Source of the DNA: an uncultured Holophagales bacterium
GTDB lineage: Bacteria; Acidobacteriota; Thermoanaerobaculia; Multivoradales; UBA5704
DNA length: 64,000 nucleotides
Assembly (NCBI GenBank): GCA_963842525.1
Contig: CAWJGT010000009.1
Span: 96,001-160,000, forward strand
Reading direction: 5' to 3'
In this document: in pieces, positions 28,267-38,535 of the stretch
Layout: each line of letters starts with the position of its first letter
Numbering within the stretch: position 1 is the first letter of the stretch
Made by a program: the position numbers and the translations under genes
The notes under the pieces: model-generated
The model's input: the letters and a program-made list of their open reading frames with translations, nothing else
Told to the model about the DNA's origin: nothing
Databases searched by the model: none

Positions 28267-31249
28267 GGCAGCGGCCCGGGCTCGCGCGGAGCCTGTTTTT
28301 CGTGTTGCTGCTGGCGGGCGGCGCGGCCTGGGCGCAGGACCCTCACCCCCCTGACCCCCCTCTCCCATCCGCACTCCCAACCACCCGGGAGAGGGGGGAA
28401 GAAGAGGTGTTGTCGCAGGAGCCTGAGGGTGGGGGCTCCCCTCTCCCGGGGGAAGGGAGTGCGGATGGGAGAGGGGCCGGGGGTGAGGGCCCCCTCGTCA
28501 CCGCCATCGAGATCCGCAGCGAGACCCCGCTCGACGACGAGCGGCTCGCCGAGGTGGAGCGGCTCCTCAAGGTGAGCGTGGGCGAGCCGCTGACCGAGGA
28601 GGCGGTCAGCCTCACCCTGCGCCACGTCCAGGCGAGCGGCGTCGCCTACGAGATCGAGCTCTACTCGCAACCCGACGAGACGGGGGCGGGGGTCGTGGCC
28701 ATCCTGGTGCTGCGCCCCGTGGTCCTCGTCGACGAGGTCCGCCTGGACGGGGGAGCTCGGCCTGGACGCCGGCGAGCTGCGGCGCGAAATCCCGCAGAAC
28801 GAGGCCGAGCCGCTCAACGAGGAGAAGGTCGTCCAGGGCGTCTACCGGCTCCAGGAGTACTACGACGACCGCGGCTATTTCCAGGCCGAGGTCCGGGTCC
28901 ACGTCGCCACCAACCCCGTGACCCGTGCCGCGGTCGTCACCTACCAGATCCAGAGCGGGCCGCGGGCGCGCGTCGAGACCGTGCTCTTCGACGGCGCGAT
29001 CGACCCCTTGACGCCCGCGGCGCTGCTCGAGCCGCTGGAGCTGAAGCCGGGCAAGCCGTTCAACCGCCGCACCGCCCGCGAAGACGCCGATCGCCTCCAG
29101 AACTGGCTGATCCGCAAGGAATACCGCACCGCCCAGGTCGACCGTCCCGTCGAGGAGATCGACCGTCCGAGCGGCACCGTGCGGCTGACGTTTCCGGTCG
29201 AGGTCGGCCCCCTCGTCAAGCTCCAGGTGATCGGTGCCGAGGAGCGCGAGCTGCGCCGCCACAGCCTCCTCCCCTTCCTCGGCCGCCAGGGCTACGACGA
29301 AGCCCTGCTCCTCCAGGCGGCCGAGCGGATCAGGGACTACTACCAGCGCGAAGGCCACTACCGGGTGAAGGTCGAATCCGAGCAGAAGCCGGCCAACGGC
29401 GTGCTCCAGGTCGTCCTCCGCGTCGACCCCGGCCCGGAGCACACCTTGACGGATGTCGACATCACCGGCAATGAAGCGTTCAGCGACGACCAGCTCGCGG
29501 AGCTGATGACGACCGCCCCGCGAAGCCTGCTCAACCTGGGCAGCGGCCGGCTGGTGGACGGCGAGTTGGAGAAGGACCTGGAGAACATCCGTTCGTTCTA
29601 TGCCCTCCAGGGATATGCCCAGGCCGAGGTCGGTCCCGCCCGCATCGGCGAGCAGGGGGACCGGCTGCGGCTCGAGATCCCCATCGTGGAAGGCCCCCGC
29701 CAGCAGGTGGGGACGATCGACGTCCAGGGCGTCGAGTCGCTCGACCTCCGCGCCCTTGAGGACCAGCTCCCGCTCAAGCCCGGCGGGCCGTTCCACCCCT
29801 TCCTCCTGGAGCAGGAGCCTCGACCGCCTCCGCCAGGCCTACCAAGACCGGGGATATGCCACCGCCCAGGTCTCGGCCACGACCCGTTGGAACCCCGACC
29901 AGACCCTGGTGGATATCACCATCGAGGCCCTCGAAGGGGACCAGGTCGTGCTCGACCGCGTGATCGTGCGCGGCAACCGCAGGACCCGCAGCGAGGTGAT
30001 CCAGCGCGCCCTGGCGGTCCAGCCGGGAGACCCGATCAGCGAGGGCCGCCGGCTGGAGATCGAGCGCAACCTCTACCAGCTCGGCATCTTCTCCGGGGTC
30101 GACGTCGAGCTCAAGAGCGCCGGCCTGTTCTCCGCCGAGCGCGACCTGATCGTGCGGGTGGAGGAGGGCCGGCCGCGGCGGGTCAGCTACAGCCTGGGCG
30201 TGGAGTACCAGTCAGGCGATCCGACGCCGTGGCGGCCCCGCGGCGGCTTCAGCTTCACCCACAGCAACGTCGCCGGCCGGGCCTTCAGCCTGCGCACCGA
30301 CGTGCGGGTGAGCGAGCCCGACCAGAGCTTCCGCATCCTGTTCAACCAGCCCTACGTCGGCCGCTATCCGGTGCCGCTCTCCTATTCCCTGTTCTTCTTC
30401 AACGAGGACAAGGAGCACTGGGACGTGGTCCGCTATGGCGGGCGGATCGAGGCGGTGCGCGACTACACGGACCGGCGGGTGAGCCTGACCTACGACTATC
30501 GCATCGTCGAGACCACCGTCGAGCCCGGCTTCCCGCCGATCGGCGTCGACCGCGAGGACCGGCCGTTCGAGATCTCCAGCCTGACGCCGGGGTTCCTGTG
30601 GGACCGCCGCGACGATCCCGTGCTGGCCACGCGCGGCTGGAGCACCCTCGCCCAGCTCCAGTGGGCCTTCCCCATCGCCTCGGCCAGGGGCGACTGGCTG
30701 AAGCTCTTCGTGCAGCAGACCCAATATCTCAACCTGCGACGCCTGGGCGTCGTCGCCGCGAGCCTTCGCGCCGGTGCTATCGAGCCGTTCAGCACGCTGG
30801 GGCGGGACGACCCCGAGCTGCTGGAAGACCTCCCCAATGCCGACGTCTTCATCGACGAACGCTTCTTCGCCGGCGGCGGCACCACCCACCGCGCCTACGA
30901 CCGCGACGACCTCGGCATCCCCGGGCGAACGCTGTTCCTCCGCCCCGACCCGGAGGAGACCGACGGCATCAGGATCACGCCGGTCGGCGGCAACGGCCTG
31001 CTGCTGCTCAACCTGGAGTACCGTTTCCCGCTTTTCGGTCCGGTCGAGGGGGTGGCCTTCTACGACGCCGGCAACGTCTGGGCCGGCTGGCGGGATATCG
31101 ACGTCAACGACCTCAAGGCCGGAGCCGGCCTCGGCGTCCGCTACCTCTCGCCCATCGGCCCCCTGCGGGTGGACGTCGGCTGGAAGCTCGACCGCATCGA
31201 GGGCGAGAGGGGCTATGCGGTGTCGCTGATCTTCGGGAATCCGTTCTAA
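28263..31249 (+). CDS. BamA/TamA (Omp85) family protein; +1 frameshifts near 28750 and 29815
   Basis: Signal peptide, POTRA repeats, [22 protein letters not shown] barrel end. Confidence 0.85.
28340..28490. repeat. Inverted pair of palindromic elements forming a ~150-bp hairpin in frame in the bamA-like gene
   Basis: CCTCACCCCC..CCTCTCCCATCCGCACTCCC versus GGGAGTGCGGATGGGAGAGGGG..GGGGGTGAGG. Confidence 0.85.
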
Positions 31250-31282
31250 AGGACGGTGCGTCCGTGTTGTACACTCGACATC

Positions 31283-32497
31283 ATGAACAAAAGCACACCG
31301 TTCGCCCCCATCGAGGAGGCGATCGAGCAGTTCCGCCAGGGCCGGATGGTCATCATCGTCGACGACGAGGACCGCGAGAACGAGGGCGACCTCGCCATCG
31401 CGGCCGAAAAGGCCACCCCCGAGGCGATCAACTTCATGGCCCGTTTCGGGCGCGGCCTCATCTGCCTCGCCCTCACCGAGGAGCGCTGCCGGCAGCTCGA
31501 CCTCCCCCTGATGGTCGAGGACAACACCTCGCCCTTCGGCACCGCCTTCACCATCTCGATCGAAGCGCGTGGCAAGGTGACGACCGGCATCTCGGCCGCC
31601 GACCGCGCAGCCACGGTCCTCACCGCCATCGATCCGGCGACCCGGCCCGAGGACCTGCTGCGGCCCGGCCACGTCTTCCCCCTGCGCGCCAGGAAGGGCG
31701 GCGTCCTCAAGCGCGCAGGCCAGACCGAGGCCTCGGTCGACCTCGCCTCGTTGGCCGGCCTCACGCCCGCCGGGGTGATCTGCGAGATCATGAACGACGA
31801 CGGCACCATGGCCCGCGTGCCGGACCTGACCGCGTTCGCGTTGCGCCACGGGCTGCTGATGATCACCGTCTCCGACCTCATCAGCTACCGGCTGCGGCAC
31901 GAGACCCTGGTGCGCAAGCTCGCCGCGCCGCGCCTGCCTACGGCCTTCGGCGAATTCCAGATCCACGCCTACCGCTCGGACGTGACCGGCGACGAGAACG
32001 TCGCACTGGTCAAAGGCGACATCGATCCGGACGAGCCGGTCCTGGTGCGCGTCCACAGCCAGTGCCTGACCGGCGACGTCTTCGGCTCGGCGCGTTGCGA
32101 CTGCGGCGTCCAGCTCGAACAGGCGCTGGCGAAGATCGCCGACGAGGGCAAAGGCGTGCTTCTCTACCTCCTCCAGGAGGGGCGCGGCATCGGCCTGATC
32201 AACAAGCTGCGCGCCTACGAGCTGCAGGAGGAAGGGCATGACACCGTCGAGGCCAACGAACGGCTCGGTTTCCGGCCCGACCAGCGAGACTACGGCATCG
32301 GCGCCCAGATCCTGCGCGACCTCGGGGTCCGCAAGATGCGCCTCATGACCAACAACCCGAGCAAATACATCGCCCTCGGCGGCTACGGCCTGGAGATCGT
32401 CGAGCGCGTCCCGCTGGAGATCGCGCCGACCGACAGCAGCCGCGCCTACCTGCGGGCCAAGCGCGAGAAGCTGGGGCACCTCCTGAAGCTGGTCTAG
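31283..32497 (+). CDS. ribBA: DHBP synthase / GTP cyclohydrolase II
   Basis: [47 protein letters not shown]. Confidence 0.97.
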   Translation: MNKSTPFAPIEEAIEQFRQGRMVIIVDDEDRENEGDLAIAAEKATPEAINFMARFGRGLICLALTEERCRQLDLPLMVEDNTSPFGTAFTISIEARGKVTTGISAADRAATVLTAIDPATRPEDLLRPGHVFPLRARKGGVLKRAGQTEASVDLASLAGLTPAGVICEIMNDDGTMARVPDLTAFALRHGLLMITVSDLISYRLRHETLVRKLAAPRLPTAFGEFQIHAYRSDVTGDENVALVKGDIDPDEPVLVRVHSQCLTGDVFGSARCDCGVQLEQALAKIADEGKGVLLYLLQEGRGIGLINKLRAYELQEEGHDTVEANERLGFRPDQRDYGIGAQILRDLGVRKMRLMTNNPSKYIALGGYGLEIVERVPLEIAPTDSSRAYLRAKREKLGHLLKLV

Positions 32498-32504
32498 CCA
32501 CGGC

Positions 32505-33782
32505 GTGAAGATCCACGGCGTGAAGATCCTCCTCGCCACCTCCCGCTACCCTTGGCCGGCACGCCGCGGCGACCAGATGCGGGCCTTGCAGATGCTGGAC
32601 TTCCTCGCGGACACCCATGAGGTGACCCTGCTCACCCCGGCCCCGGGCCGCGACCAGCCGCCTCCGCCAGACGATCGACCCTACCGGATCGAGCTCTACC
32701 GGACCCGCCGCAAGCGCGCGCTCCTGCCCGGCATGGCCCGGGTGCTGCTCGAGAGCCACCCGCTCCAGAGCGGCCTCTTCTACCAGCCGGACCTGGGCCG
32801 GCGCCTCCGCGAGCTGGCGCCGCAGGCCGACCTGGGCATCCTCCAACTCGTCCGCCTGGCCATCCACCTGGAGGACTTCGGCCGCACGCCGATCCTCGTC
32901 GACCTGATCGACAGCCTCTCCCTCAACTTCTCGCTGCGCGCCGACGTCGACCGTCTCTGGCTGCGCCCGCTCCTGCGCCTGGAAGCCCACCTGCTGGCTA
33001 CCGGCGAGCGCCGGCTGGCCGAGAGGGCGGCCGGGGTCGTCCTGGTCTGCGAGCGCGACCGCCAAGCGCTGGTCAACCGCCTCCCCTCTTCCCTGGCAGC
33101 GAAAGTCGGAGTCGTCCGCCTGGCCCTGCGCGAGCGCAAAGCCGAGCCGCCCCTCGCCGAGGAGCGCCTGTGGAGCGATGGTGGGACCGGCCCGGTCCTG
33201 GCCATGACCGGCAACCTCGGCTACTTCGTCAATGTAGAAGCCATTGCTTGGTGGCTGCGGGAGGTCTGGCCGGCGGTCCGGCAGGCCCGGCCGGACGTCC
33301 GGGTCGTGGTGGCCGGAGAGCGGCCGGCGCCGGTGATCCGCCGTGCCGTGACCGCAGCCGGTCCAGGAGTGTGGCTCGTCGAGTCGCCGCGCGACATGCG
33401 CTCGGTCCTCGCCCAATCCACCCTGGCGCTGGCGCCAATGCGCTGCGGCTCCGGCGTGCCGATCAAGATCCTCGAAGCGTGGGCGGCCGGCGTGCCGGTG
33501 ATCGCCACCCACTGGGCGGTGGCCGGGACCACCGGCCGGCAGGGGGAGGACTTCCGCGTCGTCGGCACACCCCCCATCGAGTGGGTGACCGCCATCCAGG
33601 AGCTCCTCGACGATCCCGCCGCCCGCCGCCGCTATGCCGAGAACGGCCGCCGCCGCCTCGCCCGCGACTACTCCCGCGAGACCGTCCGCGACCAGCTCCT
33701 CGGCGTGATCGAAGGGCTCGGCCTCGACACCGCTGGAGAGCCCGCGGTCAACGCTTCGGCATCGCTCTCCCAGACCGTCTGA
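32505..33782 (+). CDS. Glycosyltransferase family 4
   Basis: YPWPARRGDQMR, GSGVPIKILEAWAAGVPVIAT. Confidence 0.85.
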   Translation: MKIHGVKILLATSRYPWPARRGDQMRALQMLDFLADTHEVTLLTPAPGRDQPPPPDDRPYRIELYRTRRKRALLPGMARVLLESHPLQSGLFYQPDLGRRLRELAPQADLGILQLVRLAIHLEDFGRTPILVDLIDSLSLNFSLRADVDRLWLRPLLRLEAHLLATGERRLAERAAGVVLVCERDRQALVNRLPSSLAAKVGVVRLALRERKAEPPLAEERLWSDGGTGPVLAMTGNLGYFVNVEAIAWWLREVWPAVRQARPDVRVVVAGERPAPVIRRAVTAAGPGVWLVESPRDMRSVLAQSTLALAPMRCGSGVPIKILEAWAAGVPVIATHWAVAGTTGRQGEDFRVVGTPPIEWVTAIQELLDDPAARRRYAENGRRRLARDYSRETVRDQLLGVIEGLGLDTAGEPAVNASASLSQTV

Positions 33783-33814
33783 AAGGGTGCGCCTACGACC
33801 GGACTCAGTCTGAA

Positions 33815-34636
33815 CTAACCCAGGCCCGACTCGTATTGAGCCACGAAGATGCCGAAGTCCCCAACGGAATTTCCGAAGACCCCCCGCAGTGATAGAGAGG
33901 TCCGGCTGCGGTCCTGTCCCTCTGCTCCGCTGAACAGAATGGCCTTGTCATAGACGTTGTTCAGCGCGTTGTTGAAAGCCGTCAGGACAGCCCGGCAGGT
34001 TCCGCACGGCGGCTTTGCGCCCCAGACATGGATCGTCTGTGGGACTTGGTTTGTCTGCAGCATATAGGCCAGGACCAGCAGCAGGCGCTGCTCCGCGTGC
34101 AGGTCACCTCCTCCCGCGCCCAGGATCACGAGACTGCCATCCTTGGCCGCCAGCTTGGTGGCACAGCTCTGCTCGCTGACGGCGCTTTTGATGTTCTGGA
34201 CCGCAGGCCCGTATCTGGAAAGCGGTGGCAGAAGGGTTGACAACTGCTCCTCGCTGATCGCCTGCATGGCCGCCGGTCTGTTGGCCGTCATGGCGACGCT
34301 GCCGTCGACGTGCAGTCCCTGCACTTCGGTGGCGAGCTTGACGGTGGCGTAGCCCAGGGCCATCTCCGCGGCCTCCTGAAGATCCATACCCCGCAGGCGC
34401 TGAATGACCCCCGGGCGAGCAGGATGGGGAAGATGGATCGGAAGTCTTGCCTGTACCGTTCCCACACCGGCGCCAGCCTTCGGTGCCGTCTGCGGATTGT
34501 AGATGGGTGGGGGTACCTGCGCGGCGTTCCGCAGAGGCCGCGACGGAGCCGGCAGCTTTGCCTGGAGGCTGCGCGCGGCAGATCCTGGCCAGTGGATCGG
34601 CGGCGGCGGCGGCGTGCCTCTCCTTCCAGCGCTCAT
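33815..34636 (-). CDS. Pro-rich/VQR-leader protein with C-terminal deaminase-like domain
   Basis: LHAEQRLL and KPPCGTC (HxE..PCxxC); leader has LQAK, VQAR and VIQR. Confidence 0.6.
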   Translation of the reverse strand: MSAGRRGTPPPPPIHWPGSAARSLQAKLPAPSRPLRNAAQVPPPIYNPQTAPKAGAGVGTVQARLPIHLPHPARPGVIQRLRGMDLQEAAEMALGYATVKLATEVQGLHVDGSVAMTANRPAAMQAISEEQLSTLLPPLSRYGPAVQNIKSAVSEQSCATKLAAKDGSLVILGAGGGDLHAEQRLLLVLAYMLQTNQVPQTIHVWGAKPPCGTCRAVLTAFNNALNNVYDKAILFSGAEGQDRSRTSLSLRGVFGNSVGDFGIFVAQYESGLG

Positions 34637-34773
34637 CGGTTTGATCCCAGACTGCTGAATCTACTACTTTGCCGGCGCGCGTTCAAGGATGCTGGGTCAA
34701 AGTCAAATCCACGGTGGCCGTGAACACGGACCGGGCGCGTGAGCGGGGAGCGGCACACCGGGGCCCCAGACCG

Positions 34774-34984
34774 TTCCTGACGACTCTGTCAGACAGCCAG
34801 GCCCAGATCCCCAACGATCTGGTTCCCGCTCCCTCGTTCATGACCGGCTGCATCGACAGCTCCCAGTGCCTCGACGGGCCAGCTCTGTTGCTACCTTTGT
34901 GGCAACCCACCCGCGGAAGGGAATGACAGTTTCTGCAGGGCCTGCGTGACGCCGGTCAAGGGCGGCTGCCCGCAGGTCTACTAG
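34774..34984 (+). pseudogene. Cys-rich small peptide remnant (8 Cys); frameshift near 34880; 5' end missing
   Basis: FLTTLSDSQAQIPNDLVPAPSFMTGCIDSSQCLDG joined to QLCCYLCGNPPAEGNDSFCRACVTPVKGGCPQVY-stop. Confidence 0.55.
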
Positions 34985-35109
34985 ACCTCTCCGGAAAAGC
35001 GGAGCTGAAGGCCAGCTCTGAAGGCAGGCCGCTGAATGAGGGGCCGGGCGGGACCTTCTCCAGAGGTTCCGCCTGTGCAAGCGGCGGGCGGGTCGGATAA
35101 ACTTTCCCC

Positions 35110-36507
35110 GTGCCCCAAAAGACCGCAGGCCTCACGACTACCCAGTGGCTCATCTGCGTCATCGCTGCAATGGGCTTCGCCTTCGACATCTACGAGCTGC
35201 TCATGCTGCCGCTCATCGTCCGCCCGGCTCTCCAGGAGCTGGTGGGCGCCACGCCGGGCTCGCCCGAGTTCCAGATGTGGGTGGGCCGGCTGTTCTACAT
35301 CCCGGCCTTTGCCGGCGGCATCTTCGGCCTGCTGGGCGGCTACCTCACCGACATCCTGGGCCGGCGGCGGGTGCTCACGTTCAGCATTCTGCTCTACGCC
35401 GGAGCGGCGTTTGCGGCCGGCTTTTCGACCTCGATCGAGATGCTGCTGGTCTGCCGCTGCCTGGTGTTCATCGGCGTCTGCGTCGAGTTCGTGGCCGCCG
35501 TCGCCTGGCTGGCCGAGCTGTTTCCCGAGCCCAAGCGGCGTGAAAAGGTGCTCGGCTATACCCAGGCGTTCTCGTCGCTCGGCGGCCTGATGGTCGCGGT
35601 GGTCAGCGGCCTGGTGGTCAAGTACGCGGCGAGCCTGCCCGCCATCGTCGCGGAGGGCGTCGCCGATCCCCACGCCGCCTGGCGCTATACGCTGATGTCG
35701 GGCGTCATCCCGGCCATTCCGCTGATCCTGATCCGGCCGTTCCTGCCGGAGTCGCCGGCCTGGCAGAAGAAGCGCCAGGAGGGCACGCTCCAGCGGCCGA
35801 GCATCGCCGCGCTGTTCGCCCCCGAGCTGCGCCGCACCACCCTGGTGACCACGCTGATGTTCGCCATGTCCTACGGCGCCGCCTTCGGCGCCATCCAGCA
35901 GATCCCGCAGATGGTGCCGGGGCTCCAGGAAGTGCGGGAGAGGACCGCCGATCTGCCGGCCCCCGAGGCCCGGCGCACCGAGCAGGCGGTCGCCTCGGAC
36001 GTCGTCAAGGTGCAGGAGGTCGGCGGGCTGGCGGGCCGCGTGGCGCTCGCCATGTTGGCGGTCGTGATCGTCGGCCGGCGCCGGCTGATCCGCCTGTTCC
36101 AGATCCCCGGGCTGATCGTGATGCCCCTGACCTTCGCCTGGGCCGCCACCACCAGCCTCGATCTGCTCTACCCGATGATCTTCATCGCCGGGTTCCTGAC
36201 CGTCGCGCAGTTCAGCTTCTGGGGCAACTACCTTCCGCGGGTCTACCCCTTGCACCTGCGCGGCACCGGCGAGAGCTTCGCCGCCAACATCGGCGGCCGC
36301 CTGATCGGCACCTCGTTCGCCTGGCTGACCGCGACCCTTGCCGTCACCTCCGACCGCGCGGCCGCTCCCGCCAAGATGGCGCTGACCGCCGCAGCGGTCG
36401 GGTTCGGCGTCTACCTGGTCGGGTTCATCGCCTCGTTCTGGCTGCCCGAGCCGCCGGTGGAGACGGCGGCCGACGAGGCGGAGGCGGCCAAGATTCCGGC
36501 CTCCTGA
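35110..36507 (+). CDS. MFS transporter
   Basis: GYLTDILGRRR motif A; about 12 TM segments. Confidence 0.92.
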   Translation: MPQKTAGLTTTQWLICVIAAMGFAFDIYELLMLPLIVRPALQELVGATPGSPEFQMWVGRLFYIPAFAGGIFGLLGGYLTDILGRRRVLTFSILLYAGAAFAAGFSTSIEMLLVCRCLVFIGVCVEFVAAVAWLAELFPEPKRREKVLGYTQAFSSLGGLMVAVVSGLVVKYAASLPAIVAEGVADPHAAWRYTLMSGVIPAIPLILIRPFLPESPAWQKKRQEGTLQRPSIAALFAPELRRTTLVTTLMFAMSYGAAFGAIQQIPQMVPGLQEVRERTADLPAPEARRTEQAVASDVVKVQEVGGLAGRVALAMLAVVIVGRRRLIRLFQIPGLIVMPLTFAWAATTSLDLLYPMIFIAGFLTVAQFSFWGNYLPRVYPLHLRGTGESFAANIGGRLIGTSFAWLTATLAVTSDRAAAPAKMALTAAAVGFGVYLVGFIASFWLPEPPVETAADEAEAAKIPAS

Positions 36508-36549
36508 GACTCCGGGCTGATCCGCCCGGAGTCCTGAGTCCCTGACCTA

Positions 36550-36780
36550 TCAGCCTTCGAGCGGCCTGCAGCCGCAGCAGCCGCCCGTCGTTCCAGGCTT
36601 CAGGCAGACAGCCGCGCCGCCGCCGATGGATTGGCACCAGGCCACACACTCCGAGTTGTTGCAACAGGAGACTGATGACGGGCAGGCGGGCCTCACGCAA
36701 GCGGCGGCCTCCGCCGGCCGGTCGACGAGGGCCGCGACCACGAGAGCCAGAGCGAACAGGAACATACCAATCTTCTTCAT
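36550..36780 (-). CDS. Secreted Cys-rich peptide (10 Cys)
   Basis: Signal MKKIGMFLFALALVVAALVDRPAEA, then ACVRPACPSSVSCCNNSECVAWC..VC..GGCCGC; GGGAG RBS. Confidence 0.75.
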   Translation of the reverse strand: MKKIGMFLFALALVVAALVDRPAEAAACVRPACPSSVSCCNNSECVAWCQSIGGGAAVCLKPGTTGGCCGCRPLEG

Positions 36781-36903
36781 GACACTCCCTTCGAATCCGC
36801 GAGGCGGACGGTTGGTCACTCGGAGCTATAGCGTAGAAGAAATATGCTCGGCCTTCAATTGGAATCCGTCGCTGTTTACCGTCGCTTGCGACAGAATAGG
36901 CCT

Positions 36904-38154
36904 ATGACCTGGAGGCCACTTCTCGAAGGCGACTTGGCCCTACGCTCTCTGCAAGCGGTGGAGGACGTCGCCCGTGCTCTCGAAAGCTACACGCCGCCGG
37001 CGGACAGTCTGCGGTACCCCTCCCTGGCCGGCGGCGCGGCGGGCGAAGCCGTCCTCCATGCCTATCGGGCGCTGCACAATGGCGACGAGCATCAGGCCGA
37101 GCGCGCTGCGACGCTTCTCGACACGGCAGCGCAGGCTCTCGCCACCACCGTCATGCCGCCCGGGCTCTACAGCGGTTTCTCCGGCATCGCCTGGGTCGCC
37201 GAGCATCTCCAGGGGCGCCTCTTCGAGCCGGACCCCGAAGGCGACGACCCGCATCGAGCGATCGACGAAGCGCTTCTGGCTTACCTGAGCACCCTCACTG
37301 AGCAGGACGAGTACGACCTGATCAGCGGTGTCACCGGGCTCGGCGTCTATGCCCGCGAACGGCTGTCCTATCCGTCCGGCGCCGTGCTCTTGGAGCGGGT
37401 GGTCGACCGCCTGGTCACGCAGGCGGAGACCGGCCCCGAGGGCACGACCTGGTTCACCCCGCCGAACCGGCTGCCGGAGTGGCAGCGCGAGATCCATCCC
37501 AAGGGCCTCTACAACCTCGGGGTCGCCCACGGCATCCCGGCGGTCATCGCGCTCCTCGCAATCGCCTGCCGGGGCGGCGTAGCGGCCGACCGAGCGCGGC
37601 CGTTGCTCGACGGGACCGTGCGCTGGCTGCTCACCCACCAGTTGCCGGCCGGAAAAGGCTCCTGCTTCGGCGCCGCTTTCGTAGCGGGCGAAGATTCTGC
37701 CGCTTCCCGTCTGGCCTGGTGCTACGGCGACCCCGGCATCGCCGCCACGCTGCTGGTGGCCGCGCGGGCGGTCGGCGAACCCGCGTGGGAAGACAAGGCG
37801 CTGGAGGTCGCGCGCGCGGCCGCCCGCCGCCCACCGGAGCAGTCTTCCGTCCGCGACCCCGGGGTTTGCCATGGCGCTGCCGGCCTCGCCCATCTCTTCA
37901 ACCGTTTCTGGCAGGCGAGCGGCGAGGAGGTCTTTCGCGACGCGGCACGCTCTTGGATCGAGCGCACACTGGAGCTCCGCGTCCCCGGCGAGGGGATCGC
38001 CGGCTTTCGCGCCTGGCACGCGCTGCCGGGCCCGAACGGCCAATGGGCGGCCGAGCCGGGCTTGCTCGAAGGAGCCACCGGCGTCGCGCTCGTCCTGCTG
38101 GCAGCCGTCTCGACCGTCGAGCCGGAGTGGGACCGGATCCTCCTCGTGTCTTGA
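36904..38154 (+). CDS. lanC: Lanthionine synthetase LanC-like cyclase
   Basis: DLISGVTG, GVAHG, AWCYG, CHG zinc ligands, GLLEGATG. Confidence 0.9.
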   Translation: MTWRPLLEGDLALRSLQAVEDVARALESYTPPADSLRYPSLAGGAAGEAVLHAYRALHNGDEHQAERAATLLDTAAQALATTVMPPGLYSGFSGIAWVAEHLQGRLFEPDPEGDDPHRAIDEALLAYLSTLTEQDEYDLISGVTGLGVYARERLSYPSGAVLLERVVDRLVTQAETGPEGTTWFTPPNRLPEWQREIHPKGLYNLGVAHGIPAVIALLAIACRGGVAADRARPLLDGTVRWLLTHQLPAGKGSCFGAAFVAGEDSAASRLAWCYGDPGIAATLLVAARAVGEPAWEDKALEVARAAARRPPEQSSVRDPGVCHGAAGLAHLFNRFWQASGEEVFRDAARSWIERTLELRVPGEGIAGFRAWHALPGPNGQWAAEPGLLEGATGVALVLLAAVSTVEPEWDRILLVS

Positions 38155-38211
38155 CAGCCGGGAAGCTCTCCCCTAGCCTGCTGGCATCACTGAATCCAAA
38201 GGGGAAAACCG

Positions 38212-38403
38212 ATGAAGAAACGCTCCGCCAAGCTCATGCTGTACCGCGAGACCCTGCGCCACCTCGTCACACCGGAGCTCCGGGATGCGGCTGGAGGCCT
38301 CCGCGCCATGGAGGACACCAGCCAGTCCATCCAGAGCGGTGAAACCTACTGCTGGTGCACCAAAACCTGCAACTGCTGCGAGACAGCCACCCAGGCCAAA
38401 TAG
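38212..38403 (+). CDS. Class I-type lanthipeptide precursor
   Basis: Leader KLMLYRETLRHL..AAGG; core has 5 Cys, 6 Thr and 3 Ser; directly after lanC. Confidence 0.82.
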   Translation: MKKRSAKLMLYRETLRHLVTPELRDAAGGLRAMEDTSQSIQSGETYCWCTKTCNCCETATQAK

Positions 38404-38535
38404 GTCTGATCCCTGGAGGCTGTCGAGGTCGTCGGAAGGCGACAGGCTCCAGGGCACCCTCATCGACCACCCTCATCGGGTGCCACCGAATATTCCGGGC
38501 ACTACGGCAGCGGGGGAATGCTGTCCGGCCAGCCT

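Noticed and set aside
24165-31249. Frameshifts in the tamB-like and bamA-like genes as pseudogenisation or programmed frameshifting
   Set aside because: All three are single extra G bases (about 26600, 28750, 29815). Similar +1 bases occur in sbcC and the TPR gene. This pattern fits long-read assembly error, though reads are needed to confirm.
34930-35080. Possible structured ncRNA upstream of the MFS gene
   Set aside because: Partly explained by the Cys-rich peptide remnant; no recognisable riboswitch consensus
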